The position numbers were made by a program, and so were the translations under genes. A stretch of 64,000 bases of DNA from an uncultured euryarchaeote (GTDB lineage: Archaea; Thermoplasmatota; Poseidoniia; Poseidoniales; Poseidoniaceae): assembly GCA_963981035.1 (NCBI GenBank), contig CAXCCF010000003.1, forward strand, positions 5,004-69,003, written 5' to 3'. The notes beneath the pieces are model-generated. The model did no database searches, was not told the DNA's origin, and saw only the letters and a program-made list of their open reading frames with translations. The first letter of the stretch is position 1. Every line of letters starts with the position of its first letter. This document shows, piece by piece, positions 32,301 through 40,972 of the stretch.

Positions 32301-33449
32301 GATTCTGATGCTGATGGCGTAATGGATGCTTACGATGATTGTCCAAGTACGACTCTTGGCGACATCGTTGATGCTGCTGGTTGTGCAACATCACAATTGG
32401 ATTCTGATGCTGATGGAGTAATGGATGACCGCGACCAATGTCCAAACACAACGGCAGGAGCAAGTGTAAATGGATTTGGCTGCGCAAGTGATGAGAGAGA
32501 TACTGACGGTGATGGAATTGTTGATAGCAATGATATTTGCGACTCAACTCCTGTACTCGAAGTCGCTGATGAAGAAGGATGTTCAGATTCTCAGAAAGAT
32601 GATGATAATGACCTCTTTACCAATGATATTGACCAATGTCCACTAACTCCATTGGGTGAAGGCGTGGACGTAAATGGATGCTCAAGTTCTCAACGTGATA
32701 CAGATGGCGACCAAATAATGGATGATGCTGATATTTGCCCTGCAACACCAAGTGGTGAACAACCTGATATCAATGGTTGTGCTGATTCACAGAAAGATGA
32801 AGATAATGATGACATCTGGAATTCAGATGACCAATGCCCTGATACTGCTAGCGGTGAAACTGTGGACATCAATGGCTGCTCTGATCAACAAAAGGATGAT
32901 GATGATGACAGTATCAGAAATCATCTAGATAATTGTCCAAACACAGTTCCTGGTTGGATAGTGGATGATGAAGGATGTGCATTGAATCAAATTGATAGTG
33001 ACAGAGATGGAGTCAATGATGCAGATGATGCATTCCCTAATGATGCCAATGAAACCACTGATACAGATGGAGATAGTGTTCCTGACCGATGGGATGCCTA
33101 TCCAGATGACCCACTAAGAAGTCAACAAGAAGTAGTTGAAGAGAATGGAAATGTAATGATTTATGCAATCATTACAATTCTAATTATTGGAATAATTGCT
33201 GCTGTTATGTTTTTCCGACGTGATTCTCCGGTAAATCAATCGCCATTTGAAGTTGCTAATGCAGAACTTGATGCTGCTTCAGAAGCAGCGTTTGCTCAGT
33301 CTAATTCTGACAAATCATTGCCAGAACTTTCTACATTAGGAGAACCTGTACAGTGGGAAGAGAACGGTACTAATTGGTCAAGAGATGCAAATGGAACGTT
33401 ATCTTATTATGATCCAAACAGTGAAACATGGTTGCCATACCAGTCTTGA
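29364..33449 (+). CDS. Large surface protein: signal peptide, PPC-like and Ig-like domains, a long thrombospondin type-3 (TSP3) Ca-binding repeat array, a TM, and a W-rich cytoplasmic tail
   Basis: Signal KPIIVALLMLISSLTLIASPVQA. About 10 units of SQWSDADGDGYGDNxxGNNxDAFPxD, then Cys-bracketed DxDxDGVxDxxDxCPNT units. TM is IYAIITILIIGIIAAVMFF. Confidence 0.85.
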   Translation: MRDNSITVVPTNLKPIIVALLMLISSLTLIASPVQAIGPNQNDMGSGGDSSDNTTNAVNYIFSGHLSGTGELDINDDHDWLRVSLSSNQGVTMRLTFNSSTTLPNGTTTVNDFDLGLYDNTSQNLISSSWQSNPEIVTTNGSTIAHNGLVYLDISRYSGIGSWSLDIWKFTVSSSNGTGGNGTAVPTNCAGSNTIVSDILESNDQFSTASQASTLPISCTGLSIHTSTDEDVFEIQMYSGVTYYSNLTFTHATGDLDFKWETATQGWLTSSTGTSNNEAMSYTATVNQTTYITVYGWSSATNTYDIDITTNNPGGGQSMESVEVISTSLTTASVTFSGLSIGTNYNYNYSSAQVMLDGSISWSNPTNVSFNATATTMTYNVSVSQPQSVESEYYIVSFFKDSNGGHIASDSDYTYIEMVELATSSSSTGEISLTNLSIGTDYYLEWLVVDQIIFENSYNVSMDVYTALNASTIDTDYMSFNATASSSTTQLNWTGPTTLNDHFFAAILSYNNTATNHSTGGGWIGFHEEDFTPQLPTLLIDSHSTSSTSSTNDVSVKGYDLVTGDDYKYQIRITDSSGASVSTLNLTNFTATASNMSMPLYTYATPTSSGNYCVIVDLFSDVNVQLIGDSTCFNITLDDDNDGVANEQDNCPNTPIGTIVDQNGCASSQKDTDGDGHNDSFDAFPTDSSQWSDADGDGYGDNPNGNNSDAFPSDSSQWSDIDGDGYGDNAGGNNSDAFPNDPTQWYDGDGDGYGDNSAGNNPDEYPLDSTQWKDSDGDGCGDNSAGTNGDHFPNDPSQCSDIDGDGHGDNASGTDPDEFPTDSTQWQDSDGDGYGDSQTGNNPDRFPSDSTQWSDADGDGYGDNQAGTNPDAFPNDGTQWADADGDGFGDNPTGANADAFPSDSTQWIDADNDGYGDNANGLNGDQCLDTPAGSVVDENGCAESQKDDDLDGINNAMDACPNTPAGSPVDTTGCAASQEDSDADGVMDAYDDCPSTTLGDIVDAAGCATSQLDSDADGVMDDRDQCPNTTAGASVNGFGCASDERDTDGDGIVDSNDICDSTPVLEVADEEGCSDSQKDDDNDLFTNDIDQCPLTPLGEGVDVNGCSSSQRDTDGDQIMDDADICPATPSGEQPDINGCADSQKDEDNDDIWNSDDQCPDTASGETVDINGCSDQQKDDDDDSIRNHLDNCPNTVPGWIVDDEGCALNQIDSDRDGVNDADDAFPNDANETTDTDGDSVPDRWDAYPDDPLRSQQEVVEENGNVMIYAIITILIIGIIAAVMFFRRDSPVNQSPFEVANAELDAASEAAFAQSNSDKSLPELSTLGEPVQWEENGTNWSRDANGTLSYYDPNSETWLPYQS
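31275..33115 (+). repeat. In-frame TSP3 repeat region (protein-level tandem repeats, diverged at the DNA level)
   Basis: Repeated GAT-GGT-GAT-GGA-type codon strings encode DxDGDGYGDN and DxDxDGxxDxxDxCP units. They also create spurious out-of-frame and antisense ORFs. Confidence 0.8.
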
Positions 33450-33528
33450 ATAGATAATTATTGAAAACCCGCTAATAGAGGCACTATTTGTCAAAAGCAT
33501 TTAGGACAATAGTCAAAGTGGTAGTATT

Positions 33529-34092
33529 ATGGAGGGGCTTAGGCGCAGTGAATCTGCAGAATTAGCCATCGGAGCACTTATCTCTTTCATTGGAATAATG
33601 GTCACATCTGCATTGCTTGCTTCACTGATGGTTGGTATTGTTCAAACAACTTTCTATAATGCTCAAGAGCATGGCATGACCCAATCTGAAACACTCAATG
33701 GAATCATCCAAGTTAATCGATTTGAGTTATCACAATATTCAGACCCAGGTGCTGATTCAATCTATTTGGTTTTTGAATTCCCCTATATTCTCAATAATGT
33801 GCTCGATACTGATGTAGTGTGGTCAATGCTTTGCCCAGATACTACGCAAGTTCGGTATATTTCTGGAGATTTTGACACTGCAACAGAAATTAATGATGAT
33901 GGAATAAGTGCAGGATTAAATGATGATTTCACCGGTACAGAAATGTATCACATGTTTATTTCAACTTCTGGATTTTGTGATATATCTCCCAATACATCTG
34001 CTGAGCTAGTTATTGCAATAAATGGTGGAAGAACTACAACAATTCCGTTTGAAGTCGGTTCAAGCCCACATGTTGGGATGGCATTTATCTGA
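33529..34092 (+). CDS. Archaellin/type IV pilin-like protein (class III signal-type N-terminus)
   Basis: MEGLRRSESAELAIGALISFIGIMVTSALLASLMV resembles the archaellin N-terminal hydrophobic helix (xGIGTLIVFIAxVLVAA). Confidence 0.55.
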   Translation: MEGLRRSESAELAIGALISFIGIMVTSALLASLMVGIVQTTFYNAQEHGMTQSETLNGIIQVNRFELSQYSDPGADSIYLVFEFPYILNNVLDTDVVWSMLCPDTTQVRYISGDFDTATEINDDGISAGLNDDFTGTEMYHMFISTSGFCDISPNTSAELVIAINGGRTTTIPFEVGSSPHVGMAFI

Positions 34093-34101
34093 GGTGAGAT
34101 T

Positions 34102-34692
34102 ATGAAACAAGAATATGATGACAATGCACAATATGGTATTGGCCTGATGATAGTCTTCATGGCCTGTATTATGGTTGCTGCAATCACAAGTGCAGTAATC
34201 ATCAACTCCGCAGAATATTTAGCACAACAAACCCAGCATACATCACACGATGCTAACAAGGAATCTGCAACTCAAATGATTATTCTAAATTCTTGGGTTG
34301 AAGATGATTATGATGATTACCTTTTCATGATCGAGTACCAATCGATGGGCAAGGAAGTAAGTCCTGCTGATGTTGATTGGATTCTATCGTGCAAATACGA
34401 TGGCAATTTCTATTATAGAAGTGGTTCTCTTAATTCTTGGATTTCAGGTCCGGGTTCGATTTGGGAGGTGGGCCAACAGCCAAGTTCGGTCACAAGTCTT
34501 GAATCTGGAAAAAGATACTTTTTCGGTATTGATGCGGGACTCAATACGCAAGTCGGTGGAGCGCATTGTGGACCGAATTGGATTGATGCAAGAGGCATTA
34601 CTGCTACTTTCATGATAAATATGCCAGATGGAGGAGTAACAACACAAATACTTCAAGTCCATGATTTGACAATCGGCGCCTCTGTAATATGA
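34102..34692 (+). CDS. Archaellin/type IV pilin-like protein
   Basis: NAQYGIGLMIVFMACIMVAAITSAVIINSAEYLAQQ closely follows the archaellin N-terminal consensus. It starts 10 nt after the previous gene. Confidence 0.6.
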   Translation: MKQEYDDNAQYGIGLMIVFMACIMVAAITSAVIINSAEYLAQQTQHTSHDANKESATQMIILNSWVEDDYDDYLFMIEYQSMGKEVSPADVDWILSCKYDGNFYYRSGSLNSWISGPGSIWEVGQQPSSVTSLESGKRYFFGIDAGLNTQVGGAHCGPNWIDARGITATFMINMPDGGVTTQILQVHDLTIGASVI

Positions 34693-34755
34693 TTCATATT
34701 ACAATTGACTGTAAGAGAGGAGTACAGATAATGGCGTAAATGCCAATATCTTGTT

Positions 34756-36126
<1,371 letters not shown>

Positions 36127-36278
36127 TCACACTTTGTGTGTTTGATGCCCGCCGCTTGCCCCTTCTAATAGTTGCCATTAGACGCATAGGAGAATAGCCA
36201 TTTTATTGAGTGTGTATTGAGTTAGCAGTAGCCTCTTTACCGGAGATGATTCTGGCTAAAGTGTAATAAATAAACTGC

Positions 36279-36734
36279 TCAGCAAAAGGGACAGACAATA
36301 TTGAAACGTTCTAATCGCTCTAATCTTCTAGAACCGTTTTCATCGACATCTGCCATAGCACGTATCGCTTCCTCAATAAGTGCGTGCTGGTCTTCTTGAA
36401 GGCCAATTAAGTCTCGTAGATGATTTAGCATCTCCCATTCATCTTCACTGATTACTTCATCATCCAATGCTGCAATCAATGCACTTTGGTAAGTCGTTAC
36501 ATCACCAATATGATGTCCCGAATAATCCGAAGAGTCATCTGCGAATGGATCTTTTTCCTCACCACTTACAATGGATAGACAATAAGCAGTATCGCTTGGA
36601 TGAATTCCCAGTGCTGTTGCCAATACTTTGAGGATTGAAGCTTCATTATCAGTTACTATATTGTCATCCATTGCAGTTCTAAGTGTGTTGATGTATAGGT
36701 ATAATCCACGCGAGGGTGTTAGGGTCATATCCAT
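36279..36734 (-). CDS. Hypothetical acidic protein with two similar helical repeats and a C-terminal CPFC
   Basis: 151 aa. VTDNEASILKVLATALGIHPSD and ISEDEWEMLNHLRDLIGLQEDQ look like a TerB/DjlA-type repeat. The call is weak. Confidence 0.45.
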   Translation of the reverse strand: MDMTLTPSRGLYLYINTLRTAMDDNIVTDNEASILKVLATALGIHPSDTAYCLSIVSGEEKDPFADDSSDYSGHHIGDVTTYQSALIAALDDEVISEDEWEMLNHLRDLIGLQEDQHALIEEAIRAMADVDENGSRRLERLERFNIVCPFC

Positions 36735-37005
36735 ACCAGAGGTGAATGGTGTTTAGAATTTATTGCAGAATAATCTCATATGCTGTTGAAAAAATGTATT
36801 CGCAGTGAAATACAAAATTATTCTCGAATCTGTATTGTGGAGATTCAAATAGGAACTCCTAATTCGTAAAATAGCCCGCAGTAGGGCGATTTACACCCCA
36901 TTGTTAACAGTCCAAACAGCGTAATCAATTGTATTTCAATTCGTAATCATATGGAATACACTTATAGGGTGCGTGTGTTTATCTTGTATTACAGGAGGGG
37001 TAAGG

Positions 37006-37380
37006 ATGAGCAAGCCAAGCAATCTCGTTTCACTAAGAATCACTGAGGATGACCTCAATGAATTAGAGGCAAGAGTCGGTCTTGACGGTGCAAGAAATCG
37101 TTCCGATGTAATTCGTCTTGCAATCCAACAATTCCTCCAAGGACAGCCACTCTTACCAGAGATGGATACTGTCCGAATAACAATTGGCCGTGCAAACAAA
37201 ATGCACTTGGGACAATTATACGAACTCCAAGGCATTAGTCCAGAAACTGCTTGCCAGGAAGGATTGAAACTCTATATCGCTAATGCAATTAAGCAACAAG
37301 CGGAATTAAATGAAAAATTCGAATCTGCTCTTGAGGTGTCTCGAGCAGCTACGATCAGACGTGAGGAATACCACGAATAG
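37006..37380 (+). CDS. Ribbon-helix-helix (CopG/Arc/MetJ-type) DNA-binding protein
   Basis: MSKPSNLVSLRITEDDLNELEARVG...RSDVIRLAIQQFL has the beta-strand and two-helix pattern. GGAGGGG precedes the ATG at 37006. Confidence 0.65.
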   Translation: MSKPSNLVSLRITEDDLNELEARVGLDGARNRSDVIRLAIQQFLQGQPLLPEMDTVRITIGRANKMHLGQLYELQGISPETACQEGLKLYIANAIKQQAELNEKFESALEVSRAATIRREEYHE

Positions 37381-37595
37381 TGGGTGAGCTCGGAGGGGAT
37401 GGGATGTCTTGGCAAAATGATGGATTTAAACCACATGATGCCACCTTCATTGCTGTGTATGGTGAGGCCAACCTACACGGATTAGCCACCTTGCGTCTAC
37501 GTGCCCGTCGTGCACAAAATGGCCAAAACCCAACAACAAACGGCCTCCCCGATGACGACGACGGGGAGGACTCCAATTCCACCCCAGCTAGCTGA
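37380..37595 (+). CDS. Possible small protein coupled to the RHH gene (GTG start overlapping the RHH TAG); coding status uncertain
   Basis: 71-aa ORF in a visibly GC-richer stretch. It ends 18 nt before an 8-bp hairpin. No family recognised. Confidence 0.25.
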   Translation: MGELGGDGMSWQNDGFKPHDATFIAVYGEANLHGLATLRLRARRAQNGQNPTTNGLPDDDDGEDSNSTPAS

Positions 37596-37716
37596 GTTGG
37601 TGGTTACAACCCGTGCCCAGACCCCCCAAATTTTCTGGGCACATTTACTCATCAAAGGCGTAAGCCTTGTCATCTACTCCCCAATCCTTTAGAAGGGTCG
37701 CCAACGGAGTACAATT

Positions 37717-39813
37717 ATGACCTCGCAGGAAGCATCAACACATCCTGCGATTGAATACTTGGCACACAAAAATCCTAGACCTGGTCAAATTGAAATGATC
37801 ATTGAAGCAAATAAGTCATTATCCAATGGCGGGTTCCATTTGGCAGCAGCACCCACCGGTATTGGAAAGACCGCTGCTGCCCTTGCTGCCGCACTTGAAG
37901 TTGCTAGAAAATCGAATATTGCAAAGAAAGTCTTTTTCTTAACATCTCGGCAAAGCCAGCACCGAATCGTTGTTGATACTGTTAGAAGATTGAATCAATT
38001 GCGACAGAATAACAGCCAAATCACGCTGGTAGATATGGTTGGGCAATCCGGAATGTGTGTTCAACCATTTGCAAAGGAATCTTCCTTGGTATTCTCAATC
38101 CTGTGCTCACAGGCAAGAAAAAGTCGTAGTTGCATGCCTTGGATAACACAGGCTCCAAGCCTATCACAGCGAATATTGGACGGTCCATTACATGTTGATG
38201 AATTAGTTGAGTTAACAAAAATCCACAGAGAAAATAATGTTCTCACACAGGTATGTCCTTGGAAGATTGCCCGTGAATCTGTTAAGCATGCCGACGTATT
38301 TGTTGGAGATTATAATCACTTATTCGATGATGGAGTTCGTGAAGTTAGTCTAGAAGCGATGGGTGTTAACCTAAGTGATATCATTATCATTGTTGATGAA
38401 GCACACAATTTGGCAAGCCGTATTCGTATGACAATGGAAAAAAGGTTGACTCCAACGATAGTTAGGAATGCTGGGATGGAAATTGAAGAACACCTTGGGG
38501 TATTGCAAGAACAACAACAAATGGACAGAAATTCAAATGCTGAAGAAATCGCATTATTCTCATGGGGATTAGAGGTCATGGGGGCTTGCAGACGCACATT
38601 TAACGAATTATTTCATTCAATGCACAGTAGCCTGCCAAATGGCAAAGATGAGCAGAAAGTAGAGGCTAATGATTTTGTTAATGCGATTCATCGCGCTTGC
38701 GACATAGTGGATGGAGTTTCTGGCCAAAAGTCCATCACCGAAAATGTTGAACAAAAAACACCCTTGGTAAGCCGTGAAAAACGTATTCAAAGAATACAAC
38801 AATTATTGGCAAATGTCGAAATCGAAGTTGACACTGATTCAGCAGATGGTGCATTTGAACCGGATTCTCATCGCTTTGCAGAAATCATTGCTTGCATTAA
38901 CCGCTTTGGAGGGGGCACTGCGATGACTTTAATTTTTGACAACAAGGGTAAAGATGGAAAGATTACAACTCATTTACTCGACCCTGGCTTAGTTTCAAAA
39001 CCAGTCTTTGAGAATTCTGCTGGCGCTATTTTGATGTCCGGAACTCTATATCCGCCTGAAATGTATGCCAATTTACTTGGACTAACAAGTGCAAAAACCA
39101 CTTCTAAATCATATAAATCACCATTTTCTGGTAGCAGAAGACCAGTCTTGTTGGCACAGGACGTGACAACAAAATATACTGAACGTGGCCATGCAATGAC
39201 CATGAAAATTAGAGCGCAAATTGATGCTTTGGTCAAAGGAACACCAGGTAATATTGCAGTTTTCGTACCATCATACAAAATGCTCAATGAAATATTTGCT
39301 GATGCCTTTTTCTCTGGAATTCGCAAGATCACCGAATCCAGAGATTGGTCAAAACAAGATATCGATGGAATTGTAGATTTGCTAAGAGATGAAAAAGAAT
39401 CTGGCCAGAGAATACTATTATGCGGAGTGTTCGGTGCAAGGTTGAGCGAAGGTGTGGATTACAACGGAGGTGTATTAGATGCTGTTGCCTGTGTAGGAAT
39501 ACCAAATCCACCACCATCGGTATTGAATGATTCATTGAAAGAGTATGTTTCTGAACGCTTTGGCAAAGATTTAGCATGGCAATATACCTCCACGCAACCG
39601 GCGATTAATTCAATCCTGCAAGCAATGGGAAGACCGATTCGTTCAATCGGCGACCGCGCCCTCATTCTTCTCTTAGACAAGCGTCATTCGGATAGAGTAT
39701 ATTCAAAATGCTATCCAAAGGACCTGATGATGAGTACAACTTCTGGACCTGAAACTACAACAAGTTTCGCAAGGAGATTTTTTGCGAAGGTTCATACAAC
39801 AATAGAGGAATGA
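37717..39813 (+). CDS. xpd: XPD/Rad3-family (DinG-like) superfamily 2 DNA helicase with an Fe-S domain
   Basis: AAAPTGIGKTAAAL (Walker A) and VDEAHNL (DEAH). Four Cys lie between motifs I and II (GMCVQ, ILCSQ, RSCMPW, QVCPW). The C-terminus has MSGTLYP and LQAMGRPIRS. Confidence 0.9.
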   Translation: MTSQEASTHPAIEYLAHKNPRPGQIEMIIEANKSLSNGGFHLAAAPTGIGKTAAALAAALEVARKSNIAKKVFFLTSRQSQHRIVVDTVRRLNQLRQNNSQITLVDMVGQSGMCVQPFAKESSLVFSILCSQARKSRSCMPWITQAPSLSQRILDGPLHVDELVELTKIHRENNVLTQVCPWKIARESVKHADVFVGDYNHLFDDGVREVSLEAMGVNLSDIIIIVDEAHNLASRIRMTMEKRLTPTIVRNAGMEIEEHLGVLQEQQQMDRNSNAEEIALFSWGLEVMGACRRTFNELFHSMHSSLPNGKDEQKVEANDFVNAIHRACDIVDGVSGQKSITENVEQKTPLVSREKRIQRIQQLLANVEIEVDTDSADGAFEPDSHRFAEIIACINRFGGGTAMTLIFDNKGKDGKITTHLLDPGLVSKPVFENSAGAILMSGTLYPPEMYANLLGLTSAKTTSKSYKSPFSGSRRPVLLAQDVTTKYTERGHAMTMKIRAQIDALVKGTPGNIAVFVPSYKMLNEIFADAFFSGIRKITESRDWSKQDIDGIVDLLRDEKESGQRILLCGVFGARLSEGVDYNGGVLDAVACVGIPNPPPSVLNDSLKEYVSERFGKDLAWQYTSTQPAINSILQAMGRPIRSIGDRALILLLDKRHSDRVYSKCYPKDLMMSTTSGPETTTSFARRFFAKVHTTIEE

Positions 39814-39840
39814 ATATCACACCGAGGAGGACGAAGGTTC

Positions 39841-40338
39841 ATGGACATCGCAAGCAACGGCAACAATATGGAACAATGGCAGGACATGGAAATCTCTCTC
39901 GAGAAGCCAACTGATTTGGCACCTACTACACCAATTTCTAATGGTTTGGATGTAACACCAAACCTTCTCCATGATGAATTTCATCAGCAGGCTGGCCACT
40001 TATCTGAAGTCGAACAATTGCATAGCCATGTACTGGTAACCGCAGGAATGTTGCCTGAAACCCATATCGCAGAAGTTCAACCTCAACGTCAATTGGCTTG
40101 GGTAATCAAAGAATTGCATGGAAGATTGAATCCAGATGGATTATCTGTACCATTATTAGGTGCGGCAATTGACCAAATCCAATTACAGGTGATGAGAACA
40201 GAAACTAGAGCAACAGTAAAACTGACCATTAGTGAAGAAAATAACCCTACACTTGAGCGATTGATGCCACTTCCTGAAGAAGCAACTGGTGATATTAATG
40301 CACACTTTGTCAATGGCAAATTACACCTTAGATGGTAG
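39841..40338 (+). CDS. Hypothetical protein, possibly with a degenerate Hsp20/alpha-crystallin-like C-terminus
   Basis: ...ATVKLTISEENNPTLERLMPLPEEATGDINAHFVNGKLHLRW resembles the end of an alpha-crystallin domain (LP..v....i.A.f.nGvL.i). The call is weak. Confidence 0.35.
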   Translation: MDIASNGNNMEQWQDMEISLEKPTDLAPTTPISNGLDVTPNLLHDEFHQQAGHLSEVEQLHSHVLVTAGMLPETHIAEVQPQRQLAWVIKELHGRLNPDGLSVPLLGAAIDQIQLQVMRTETRATVKLTISEENNPTLERLMPLPEEATGDINAHFVNGKLHLRW

Positions 40339-40522
40339 ATTTTGATTGTTTTACTTCTTGAAAATGAGGTATAAAGCTAATCCAACAATTATTACAATAC
40401 CAACTATTGCCTTGATACTAAGACCTGAAAGAACTGATTCTGTCATGAATTGGCGATAACACAGCAATATTTAGTTTCTAAGGTAGAACAAAGTTTTTGA
40501 GAGTTGATAAATTAAACAATCC

Positions 40523-40951
40523 ATGAAGCCCTACCTTGAGCATGTAAATATCACCGTAATCAATGTGGATGAAGCGGTTCGTTTCCTTCAAACTGCAATG
40601 CCTGATTGGAAAGTTCGAGCAGATGTTAGCAGTGCGGAAAGCAACTGTCGCAGATGGGTTCACCTAGGCACCGATACAAGTTATATTGCCATTGAAGATA
40701 GAGGCGCGACGGAAAAGGGAGGCCACGAACCTTATGTTGATCCAGGAGTGAATCACCTAGGCTTTGTTGTCAATGATGTCAATGCTGTATCAAAGAGATT
40801 AACCGATGCTGGATATGAAGAGGGTTTGAGTTCTCTTGATAATCCAAATCGAAAGCGTATATATTTCTATGATGCAGACGGTAATGAGTACGAATTCATT
40901 GAATATCTCAAAACGGATGTTGCTTCGCGCAACGACTATTCAGACGCATAA
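40523..40951 (+). CDS. VOC-family (glyoxalase/bleomycin-resistance/dioxygenase) protein
   Basis: LEHVNITVINVDEAVRFL, VNHLGFVVNDVNAVSKRLTDAGY and IYFYDADGNEYEFIEY form the paired beta-alpha-beta-beta-beta pattern with H/E metal ligands. Confidence 0.85.
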   Translation: MKPYLEHVNITVINVDEAVRFLQTAMPDWKVRADVSSAESNCRRWVHLGTDTSYIAIEDRGATEKGGHEPYVDPGVNHLGFVVNDVNAVSKRLTDAGYEEGLSSLDNPNRKRIYFYDADGNEYEFIEYLKTDVASRNDYSDA

Positions 40952-40972
40952 ATTGATTGAAACAATCAATTA

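Noticed and set aside
37380-37716. The GC-rich island, considered as SRP RNA or RNase P RNA because of its ~300-nt size.
   Set aside because: The conserved cores are absent from my reading (SRP helix-8 GGAAGGxAGCA; RNase P GAGGAAAGUCC and ACAGAA-type CR regions). I kept it only as an unclassified finding.
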